Shown in pieces: positions 1 to 10,300 of a stretch of DNA of 64,000 bases. Source of the DNA: Eledone cirrhosa (Eukaryota); assembly GCA_964016885.1 (NCBI GenBank), contig OZ024744.1, forward strand, positions 130,262,001 to 130,326,000, read 5' to 3'. The notes below the pieces were generated by a model. The model was not told where the DNA came from, searched no databases, and saw only the letters and a list, made by a program, of their open reading frames with translations. The translations under genes and the position numbers were made by a program. Numbering within the stretch: the first letter of the stretch is position 1; each line of letters begins with the position of its first letter.

Positions 1-1363
1 GTTAAGTTGGGTTTAAGTTAAGTTGGGGTTAAATTAAGTTGGGGTTAAAATAAGTTGGGGTTAAGTTAAGTTGGGGGTAAGTTAAGTTGGGGGCAAGTTA
101 AGTTGGGGTTAATTTAAGTTGGGGTTAAATTAAGTTGGGGTTACGTTAAGTTGGTGTTAAGTTAAGTTGGGGTTAATTTAAGTTGGGGTTAATTAAGTTG
201 GGGTTAAGTTAAGTTGGGGTTAAGTTAAGTTGGGGTTAATTTAAGTTGGGGTTGAGTTAAGTTGGGGTTAAGTTAAGTTGGGGTTATATTAAGTTGGGGT
301 TAAGTTAAGTTGGGGTTAATTTAAGTTGGGGTTAAGTTAAGTTGGGGTTAAGTTAAGTTGGTGTTAAGTTAAGTTTGGGCTAAGTTAAGTTGGGGTTGAG
401 TTAAGTTGGGGTTAAGTTGGGGTTAAATTAAGTTAGGTTTAAGTTAAGTTGGGGTTAAGTTAAGTTGGGGTTAAGTTAAGTTGTGGTTAAGTTAAGTTGG
501 GGTTAAGTTAAGTTGGGGTTAAGTTAAGTCGGGGTTGAGTTAAGTTGGGGTTAAGTTAAGTTGGGGTTAATTTAAGTTGGGGTTAAGTTAAGTTGGGGTT
601 AAGTTAAGTTGGGGTTAAGTTAATTGGGGTTAAGTTAAGTTGGGGTTAAGTTAAGTTGAGGTTAAGTTAAGTTGGGGTTAAATTAAGTTTGGGTTAAGTT
701 AAGTTGGGGTTAAGTTAAGTTGGGGATAAGTTAAGTTGGGGATAATTTAAGTTGGGGTTAAGTTAAGTTGGGTTTAAGTTAAGTTGGAGTTAAGTTAAGT
801 TGGGGTTAAGTTAAGTTGGGGTTAAGTTAAGTTGGGGTTAAGTTAAGTTGGGGCTAAGTTAAGTTGGGGCTGAGTTAAGTTGGGGTTAAGTTAAGTTGGG
901 GTTAAGTTAAGTTGGGGTTAAGTTAAGTTGGGGTTAATTTAAGTTGGGGTTAAGTTAAGTTGCGGGTAATTTAGTTGGGGTTAAGTTAAGTTGGGGTTAA
1001 GTTAAGTTGGGGTTAAGTTAAGTTGGGGTTAAGTTAAGTTGGGGCTGAGTTAAGTTGGGGTTAAGTTAAGTTGGGGTTAAGTTAAGTTGGGGTTAAGTTA
1101 AGTTGGGGTTAAGTTAAGTTGGGGTTTATTTAAGTTGGGGTTAAGTTAAGTTGGGGTTCAGTTAAGTTGCAGTTAAGTCAAGTTGAGGTTAAGTTAAGGT
1201 GCGGTTAAGTTAAGTTGGGGTTAATTTAAGTTGGGGTTAAGTTAAGTTGGGGTTAAGTTAAGTTGGTTAGTTAAGTTGAGTTTAAGTTAAGTTGGGGTTA
1301 ATTTAAGTTGGGGTTAAGTTAAGTTGGGGTTAAGTTAAGTTGGGGTTAAGTTAAGTTGGGGTT

Positions 1364-1539
1364 AACCCCAACTTAACTTAACCCCAACTTCACTCAACCC
1401 CAACGTAACTCAACCTCAACTTAACTTAACCCCAACTTCACTCAACCCCAACTTAACTTAACCCCAACTTCACTCAACCCCAACTTCCAACTTGACTTAA
1501 CCCCAACTTAACTTAGCCCCAACTTAACTTAAGCCCAAA
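1364..1539 (-). repeat. Inverted satellite block 1 (176-bp allele)
   Basis: (CCCCAACTTAACTTAA)n from GGGGTT|AACCCC to AAGCCCAAA|GTCGGGG; has the CAACTTCCAACTTGAC deletion signature. Confidence 0.95.
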
Positions 1540-3779
1540 GTCGGGGTTAAGTTAAGTTGGCGTTAAGTTAAGTTGGTGTTAAGTTAAGTTAGGCTTAACT
1601 TAAGTTGGGGTTCAGTTAAGTTGGGGGTAAGTTAAGTTGGGGGTAAGTTAAGTTGGGGGTAAGTTAAGTTGGGGTTAAGTTAAGTTGCGGTTAAGTTGGG
1701 GTTAAGTTAAGTTAGGGTTAAGTTAAGTTGGGGTTGAGTTAAGTTGGGGTTAATTAAGTGGTGGTTATGTTAAGTTGGGGTTAAGTTAAGTTGGGGTTAA
1801 TTTAAATTGGGGTTAAGTTAACTTTGTGGTTAAGTTAAGTTGGGGTTAAGTTAAGTTGGGGTAAAGTTGGGGTTGAGTTAAGTTGGGGTTGAGTGAAGTT
1901 GGGGTTAAGTTAAGTTGGGGTTAAGTTAAGTTTGGGTTAAGATAAGTCGGGGTTAAGTTAAGTTGTGGTTGAGTTAAGTTGGGGTTAATTTAAGTTGGGG
2001 CTAAGTTAATTTGTGGTTAAGTTAAGTTGGGGTTAAGTTAAGTTGGGGTTAAGTTAAGTTGGGGTTGAGTTAAGTTGGGGTTGAGTTAATTTGGGGTTAA
2101 GTTAAGTTGGGGTTAAGTTAAGTTGGGTTTAAGTTAAGTTGGGGTTAAATTAAGTTGGGGTTAAATTAAGTTGGGGTTAAGTTAAGTTGGGGGTAAGTTA
2201 AGTTGGGGGCAAGTTAAGTTGGGGTTAATGTAAGTTGGGGTTAAATTAAGTTGGGGTTACGTTAAGTTGGTGTTAAGTTAAGTTGGGGTTAATTTAAGTT
2301 GGGGTTAATTAAGTTGGGGTTAAGTTAAGTTGGGGTTAAGTTAAGTTGGGGTTAATTTAAGTTGGGGTTGAGTTAAGTTGGGGTTAAGTTAAGTTGGGGT
2401 TATATTAAGTTGGGGTTAAGTTAAGTTGGGGTTCAGTTAAGTTGGGGTTAAGTTAAGTTGGGGTTAAGTTAAGTTGGGGCTAAGTTAAGTTGGGGCTGAG
2501 TTAAGTTGGGGCTGAGTTAAGTTGGGGCTAAGTTAAGTTGGTGTTGAGTTAAGTTGGGGTTAAGTTGGGGTTAAGTTAAGTTAGGTTTAAGTTAAGTTGG
2601 GGTTAAGTTAAGTTGGGGTTACGTTAAGTTGGGGTTAAGTTAAGTTGGGGTTAAGTTAAGTTGGGGTTAAGTTAATTTGTGGTTAAGTTAAGTTGTGGTT
2701 AAGTTAAGTTGGGGTTAAGTTAAGTTGGGCTTAAGTTAAGTCGGGGTTAAGTTAAGTTGGGGTTAAGTTAAGTTGGGGTTAATTTAAGTTGGGGTTAAGT
2801 TAAGTTGGGGTTATGTTAAGTTGGGTTTAAGTTAAGTTGGGGTTAAGTTAAGTTGAGGTTAAGTTAAGTTGGGGTTAAATTAAGTTGGGGTTAAGTTAAG
2901 TTGGGGTTAAGTTAAGTTGGGGTTAAGTTAAGTTGGGGATAAGTTAAGTTGGGGATAATTTAAGTTGGGGTTAAGTTAAGTTGGGTTTAAGTTAAGTTGG
3001 GTTTAAGTTAAGTTGGGGTTAAGTTAAGTTGGGGTTAAGTTAAGTTGGGGTTAAGTTAAGTTGGGGCTAAGTTAAGTTGGGGCTGAGTTAAGTTGGGGTT
3101 AAGTTAAATTGGGGTTAAGTTAAGTTGGGGTTAAGTTAAGTTGGGGTTAAGTTAAGTTGGGGTTTATTTAAGTTGGGGTTAAGTTAAGTTGGGGTTCAGT
3201 TAAGTTGGGGTTCAGTTAAATGGGGTTAAGTTAAGTTGGGGTTAAGATGGGGTTAAATTAAGTTGGGGTTAAGTTAAGTTGGGGTTAAGTTAAGTTGGGG
3301 TTAAGCTAAGTTGGGGTTAAGTTAAGTCGGGGTTAAGTTAAGTCGGGGTTAAGTTAAGTTAGGGTTCAGTTAAGTTGGGGTTAAGTTAAGTTGGGGTTGA
3401 GTTAAGTTGGGGTTGAGTTAAGTTGGGGTTAAGTTAAGTTGGGGTTAAGTTAAGTTGCAGTTAAGTTAAGTTGAGGTTAAGTTAAGGTGCGGTTAAGTTA
3501 AGTTGGGGTTAAGTTAAGTTGGGGCTAAGTTAAGTTGGGGCTAAGTTAAGTTGGGGCTAAGTTAAGTTGGGGTTAAGTTAAGTTGGGGTTAAGTTAAGTT
3601 GGGGTTGAGTTAAGTTGGGTTTAATTTAAGTTGGGGTTAAGTTAAGTTGGGGTCAAGTTAAGTTGGGGTTAAGTTAAGTTGGTTAGTTAAGTTGAGTTTA
3701 AGTTAAGTTGGGGTTAATTTATGTTGGGGTTAAGTTAAGTTGGGGTTAAGTTAAGTTGGGGTTAAGTTAAGTTGGGGTT

Positions 3780-3980
3780 AACCCCAACTTAACTTAACCC
3801 CAACTTCACTCAACCCCAACGTAACTCAACCCCAACTTAACTTAACCCCAACTTAACTCAACCCCAACTTAACTTAACCCCAACTTCACTCAACACCAAC
3901 TTAAGTCAACCCCAACTTAACTTAACCCCAACTTGACTTAACCCCAACTTAAATTAGCCCCAACTTAACTTAAGCCCAAA
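3780..3980 (-). repeat. Inverted satellite block 2 (201-bp allele)
   Basis: C-rich monomers; contains CTTAAGTCAAC; variant exit CCCAAAATCGGGG. Confidence 0.95.
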
Positions 3981-6900
3981 ATCGGGGTTAAGTTAAGTTG
4001 GCGTTATGTTCAGTCAGGCTTAACTTAAGTTGGGGTTCAGTTAAGTTGGGGGTAAGTTAAGTTGGGGTTAAGTTAAGTTGCGGTTAAGTTGGGGTTAAGT
4101 TAAGTTAGGGTTAAGTTAAGTTGGGGTTGAGTTAAGTTGGGGTTAATTAAGTGGTGGTTATGTTAAGTTGGGGTTAATTTAAATTGGGGTTAAGTTAACT
4201 TTGTGGTTAAGTTAAGTTGGGGTTAAGTTAAGTTGGGGTTAAGTTGGGGTTAAGTTGGGGTTGAGTTAAGTTGGGGTTGAGTGAAGTTGGGGTTAAGTTA
4301 AGTTGGGGTAAAGTTAAGTTGGGGTTAAGTTAAGTCGGGGTTAAGTTAAGTTGTGGTTGAGTTAAGTTGGGGTTAATTTAAGTTGGGGCTAAGTTAATTT
4401 GTGGTTAAGTTAAGTTGGGGTTAAGTTAAGTTGGGGTTGAGTTAAGTTGGGGTTGAGTTAAGTTGGGGTTAAGTTAAGTTGGGGTCAAGTTAAGTTGGGG
4501 TTAAGTTGGGGTTAAGTTAAGTTAGGTTTAAGTTAAATTGGGGTTAAGTTAAGTTGGGGTTAAGTTAAGTTGGGGTTAAGTTAAGTTGGGGTTAAGTTAA
4601 GTTGGGGTTAAGTTAATTTGTGGTTAAGTTAAGTTGGGGTTAAGTTAAGTTGGGGTTAAGTTAAGTCGGGGTTAAGTTAAGTTGGAGTTAAGTTAAGTTG
4701 GGGTTAATTTAAGTTGGGGTTAAGTTAAGTTGGGGTTAGGCTAAGTTGGGGTTAAGTTAAGTTGGGGTTAAGTTAAGTTGGGGTTAAATTAAGTTGGGGT
4801 TAAGTTAAGTTGGGGTTAAGTTAAGTTGGTGTTAAATTAAGTTGGGGCTAAGTTAAGTTGGGGCTGAGTTAAGTTGGGGTTAAGTTGGGGTTAAGTTAAG
4901 TTAGGTTTAAGTTAAGTTGGGGTTAAGTTAAGTTGGGGTTAAGTTAAGTTGTGGTTAAGTTAAGTTGGGGTTAAGTTAAGTTGGGGTTAAGTTAAGTCGG
5001 GGTTAAATTAAGTTGGGGTTAAGTTAAGTTGGGGTTAATTTAAGTTGGGGTTAAGTTAAGTTGGGGTTAAGTTAAGTTGGGGTTAAGTTAATTGGGGTTA
5101 AGTTAAGTTGAGGTTAAGTTAAGTTGGGGTTAAATTAAGTTGGGGTTAAGTTAAGTTGGGGTTAAGTTAAGTTGGGGTTAAGTTAAGTTGGGGATAAGTT
5201 AAGTTGGGGATAATTTAAGTTGGGGTTAATTTAAGTTGGGGTTGAGTTAAGTTGGTGTTGAGTTAAGTTGGGGTTAAGTTAAGTTGGGGTTAAGTTAAGT
5301 TGCAGTTAAGTTAAGTTGAGGTTAAGTTAAGGTGCGGTTAAGTTAAGTTGGGGTTAAGTTAAGTTGGGGCTAAGTTAAGTTGGGGCTAAGTTACGTTGGG
5401 GTTAAGTTAAGTTGGGGTTAAGTTAAGTCGGGGTTAAGTTAAGTTGGGGTTAAGTTAAGTTGGGGTTAATTTAAGTTGGGGTTAAGTTAAGTTGGGGTTG
5501 AGTTAAGTTGGGGTTAAGTTAAGTTGGGGTTAAGTTAAGTCGGGGTTAATTTAAGTCGGGGTTAAGTTAAGTTAGGGTTCAGTTAAGTTGGGGTTAAGTT
5601 AAGTTGGGGTTGAGTTAAGTTGGGGTTGAGTTAAATTGGGGTTGAGTTAAGTTGGGGTTGAGTTAAGTTGGTGTTGAGTTAAGTTGGGGTTAAGTTAAGT
5701 TGGGGTTAAGTTAAGTTGCAGTTAAGTTAAGTTGAGGTTAAGTTAAGGTGGGGTTAAGTTAAGTCGGGGTTAAGTTAAGTTGTGGTTGAGTTAAGTTGGG
5801 GTTAATTTAAGTTGGGGCTAAGTTAATTTGTGGTTAAGTTAAGTTGGGGTTAAGTTAAGTTGGGGTTAAGTTAAGTTGGGGTTGAGTTAAGTTGGGGTTG
5901 AGTTAATTTGGGGTTAAGTTAAGTTGGGGTTAAGTTAAGTTGGGTTTAAGTTAAGTTGGGGTTAAATTAAGTTGGGGTTAAATTAAGTTGGGGTTAAGTT
6001 AAGTTGGGGGTAAGTTAAGTTGGGGGCAAGTTAAGTTGGGGTTAATTTAAGTTGGGGTTAAATTAAGTTGGGGTTACGTTAAGTTGGTGTTAAGTTAAGT
6101 TGGGGTTAATTTAAGTTGGGGTTAATTAAGTTGGGGTTAAGTTAAGTTGGGGTTAAGTTAAGTTGGGGTTAATTTAAGTTGGGGTTGAGTTAAGTTGGGG
6201 TTAAGTTAAGTTGGGGTTATATTAAGTTGGGGTTAAGTTAAGTTGGGGTTCAGTTAAGTTGGGGATAAGTTAAGTTGGGGTTAAGTTAAGTTGGGGTTAA
6301 TTAAGTTGGGGTTAAGTTAAGTTGGGGTTAAGTTAAGTTGGGGCTAAGTTAAGTTGGGGCTGAGTTAAGTTGGGGCTGAGTTAAGTTGGGGTTAAGTTAA
6401 GTTGGGGTTGAGTTAAGTTGGGGTTAAGTTAAGTTGGGGTCAAGTTAAGTTGGGGTTAAGTTGGGGTTAAGTTAAGTTAGGTTTAAGTTAAGTTGGGGTT
6501 AAGTTAAGTTGGGGTTAAGTTAAGTTGGGGTTAAGTTAAGTTGGGGTTAAGTTAAGTTGGGGTTAAGTTAATTTGTGGTTTAGTTAAGTTGGGTTTAAGT
6601 TAAGTTGGGGTTAAGTTAAGTTGGGGTTAAGTTAAGTCGGGGTTAAGTTAAGTTGGGGTTAAGTTAAGTTGGGGTTAAGTTAAGTTGGGGTTAAGTTAAG
6701 TTGGGGTTAAGTTAAGTTGGGGTTAAGTTAAGTTGAGGTTAAGTTAAGTTGGGGTTAAATTAAGTTGGGGTTAAGTTAAGTTGGGGTTAAGTTAAGTTGG
6801 GGTTAATTTAAGTTGGGGATAAGTTAAGTTGGGGATAATTTAAGTTGGGGTTAAGTTAAGTTGGGTTTAAGTTAAGTTGGGTTTAAGTTAAGTTGGGGTT

Positions 6901-7185
6901 AAGTTAAGTTGGGGTTAATTTAAGTTGGGGCTAAGTTAAGTTGGGGCTGAGTTAAGTTGGGGTTAAGTTAAGTTGGGGTTAAGTTAAGTTGGGGTTAAGT
7001 TTAGTAGGGGTTAAGTTAAGTTGGGGTTAAGTTAAGTTGGGTTTAAGTTAAGTTGGGGTTAAGTTAAGTTGGGGTCAAGTTAAGTTGGGGTTAAGTTAAG
7101 TTGGTTAGTTAAGTTGAGTTTAAGTTAAGTTGGGGTTAATTTAAGTTGGGGTTAAGTTAAGTTGGGGTTAAGTTAAGTTGGGGTT

Positions 7186-7385
7186 AACCCCAACTTAACT
7201 TAACTCCAACTTAACTTAACCCCAACTTCACTCAACCCAACGTAACTCAACCCCAACTTAACTTAACCCCAACTTCACTCAACCCCAACTTAACTTAACC
7301 CCAACTTCACTCAACCCCAACTTAAGTCAACCCCAACTTAACTTAACCCCAACTTAACTTAGCCCCAACTTAACTTAAGCCCAAA
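7186..7385 (-). repeat. Inverted satellite block 3 (200 bp)
   Basis: C-rich monomers between the same two junctions; contains CTTAAGTCAAC. Confidence 0.95.
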
Positions 7386-10300
7386 GTCGGGGTTGAGTTA
7401 AGTTGGCGTTAAGTTAAGTTAGGCTTAACTTAAGTTGGGGGTAAGTTAAGTTGGGGGTAAGTTAAGTTGGGGTTAAGTTAAGATGCGGTTAAGTTGGGGT
7501 TAAGTTAAGTTAGGGTTAAGTTAAGTTGGCGTTGAGTTAAGTTGGGGATTAATTAAGTGGTGGTTATGTTAAGTTGGGGTTAATTTAAATTGGAGTGAAG
7601 TTAACTTTGTGGTTAAGTTAAGTTGGGGTTAAGTTAAGTTGGGGTTAAGTTGGGGTTGAGTTAAGTTGGGGTTGAGTGAAGTTGGGGTTAAGTTAAGTTG
7701 GGGTAAAGTTAAGTTGGGGTTAAGTTAAGTCGGGGATAAGTTAAGTTGTGGTTGAGTTAAGTTGGGGTTAATTTAAGTTGGGGCTAAGTTAATTTGTGGT
7801 TAAGTTAAGTTGGGGTTAAGTTAAGTTGGGGTTAAGTTAAGTTGGGGTTAAGTTAAGTTGCAGTTAAGTTAAGTTGAGGTTAAGTTAAGTTGGGGTTAAG
7901 TTAAGTTGGGGTTAAGTTAAGTTGGGGCTAAGTTAAGTTGGGGCTAAGTTAAGTTGGGGCTAAGTTAAGTTGGGGTTAAGTTAAGTTGGGGTTAAGTTAA
8001 GTTGGGGTTAAGTTAAGTTGGGGTTAAGTTAAGTTGGTGTTAAGTTAAGTTGGGGCTAAGTTAAGTTGGGGCTGAGTTAAGTTGGGGCTGAGTTAAGTTC
8101 GGGTTAAGTTAAGTTGGGGTTGAGTTAAGTTGGGGTTAAGTTAAGTTGGGGTCAAGTTAAGTTGGGGTTAAGTTGGGGTTAATTTAAGTTAGGTTTAAGT
8201 TAAGTTGGGGTTAAGTTAAGTTGGGGTTCAGTTAAGTTGGGGTTAAGTTAAGTTGGGGTTAAGTTAATTTGTGGTTAAGTTAAGTTGGGGTTAATTTAAG
8301 TTGGGGTTAAGTTAAGTTGGGGTTAAGTTAAGTCGGGGTTAAGTTAAGTTGGGGTTAAGTTAAGTTGGGGTTAATTTAAGTTGGGGTTAAGTTAAGTTGG
8401 GGTTAAGTTAAGTTGGGGTTAAGTTAAGTTGGGGATAATTTAAGTTGGGGTTAAGTTAAGTTTGGGTTTAAGTTAAGTTGGGGTTAAGTTAAGTTGGGGT
8501 TAAGTTAAGTTGGGGTTAAGTTAATTTGTGGTTAAGTTAAGTTGGGGTTAAGTTAAGTTGGGGTTGAGTTAAGTTGGGGCTGAGTTAATTTGGGGTTAAG
8601 TTAAGTTGGGGTTAAGTTAAGTTGGGTTTAATTTAAGTTGGGGTTAAATTAAGTTGGGGTTAAATTAAGTTGGGGTTAATTTAAGTTGGGGTTAATTAAG
8701 TTGGGGTTAAGTTAAGTTGGGGTTAAGTTAAGTTGGGGTTAATTTAAGTTGGGGTTGAGTTAAGTTGGGGTTAAGTTAAGTTGGGGTTATATTAAGTTGG
8801 GGTTAAGTTAAGTTGGGGTTCAGTTAAGTTGGGGTTAAGTTAAGTTGGTGTTAAGTTAAGTTGGGGCTAAGTTAAGTTGGGGCTGAGTTAAGTTGGGGCT
8901 GAGTTAAGTTGGGGCTAAGTTAAGTTGGGGTTGAGTTAAGTTGGGGTTAAGTTGGGGTTAAGTTAAGTTAGGTTTAAGTTAAGTTGGGGTTAAGTTAAGT
9001 TGGGGTTAAGTTAAGTTGGGGTTAAGTTAAGTTGGGGTTAAGTTAAGTTGGGGTTGAGTTAATTTGTGATTAAGTTAAGTTGTGGTTAAGTTAAGTTGGG
9101 GTTAAGTTAAGTTGGGGTTAAGTTAAGTCGGGGTTAAGTTAAGTTGGGGTTAAGTTAAGTTGGGGTTAATTTAAGTTGGGGTTAAGTTAAGTTGGGGTTA
9201 AGTTAAGTTGGGGTTAAGTTAAGTCGGGGTTAAGTTAAGTTGGGGTTAAGTTAAGTTGGGGTTAATTTAAGTTGGGGTTAAGTTAAGTTGGGGTTAAGTT
9301 AAGTTGGGGTTAAGTTAAGTTGGGGTTAAGTTAAGTTGGGGATAATTTAAGTTGGGGTTAAGTTAAGTTTGAGTTTAAGTTAAGTTGGGGTTAAGTTAAG
9401 TTGGGGTTAAGTTAAGTTGGGGTTAATTTAAGTTGGTTAGTTAAGTTGAGTTTAAGTTAAGTTGGGGTTAATTTAAGTTGGGGTTAGGTTAAGCTGGGGT
9501 TAAGTTAAGTTGGGGTTAAGTTAAGTTGGGATTAATTTAAGTTGGGGTTAATTTAAGTCGGGGTTAAGTTAAGTTGTGGTTGAGTTAAGTTTGGGTTAAT
9601 TTAAGTTGGGGCTAAGTTAATTTGTGGTTAAGTTAAGTTGGGGTTAAGTTAAGTTGGGGTTAAGTTAAGTTGGGGTTGAGTTAAGTTGGGGTTGAGTTAA
9701 TTTGGGGTTAAGTTAAGTTGGGGTTAAGTTAAGTTGGGTTTAAGTTAAGTTGGGGTTAAATTAAGTTGGGGTTAAATTAAGTTGGGGTTAAGTTAAGTTG
9801 GGGGTAAGTTAAGTTGGGGGCAAGTTAAGTTGGGGTTAATTTAAGTTGGGGTTAAATTAAGTTGGGGTTACGTTAAGTTGGTGTTAAGTTAAGTTGGGGT
9901 TAATTTAAGTTGGGGTTGAGTTAAGTTGGGGTTCAGTTAAGTTGGGGATAAGTTAAGTTGGGGTTAAGTTAAGTTGGGGTTAATTAAGTTGGGGTTAAGT
10001 TAAGTTGGGGTTAAGTTAAGTTGGGGCTAAGTTAAGTTGGGGCTGAGTTAAGTTGGGGCTGAGTTAAGTTGGGGTTAAGTTAAGTTGGGGTTGAGTTAAG
10101 TTGGGGTTAAGTTAAGTTGGGGTCAAGTTAAGTTGGGGTTAAGTTGGGGTTAAGTTAAGTTAGGTTTAAGTTAAGTTGGGGTTAAGTTAAGTTGGGGTTA
10201 AGTTAAGTTGGGGTTAAGTTAAGTTGGGGTTAAGTTAAGTTGGGGTTAAGTTAATTTGTGGTTTATTTAAGTTGGGATTAATTTAAGTTGGGGTTAAGTT

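Noticed and set aside
1337-1390. Rho-independent terminator, promoter or protelomerase (telRL-type) site at the palindromes
   Set aside because: There is no U-tract, gene context or enzyme gene. The palindrome follows directly from inverting the satellite at TTAA.
1364-1539. Inverted blocks as MITE or piggyBac-type insertions at TTAA
   Set aside because: The blocks consist only of reverse-complement satellite, with no distinct terminal inverted repeats or foreign sequence. TTAA is present in every monomer, so a target-site duplication cannot be inferred.
1712-1717. Canonical telomere motifs TTAGGG / TTAGG
   Set aside because: They are isolated substitution variants of TTGGGG within monomers and never occur in tandem.
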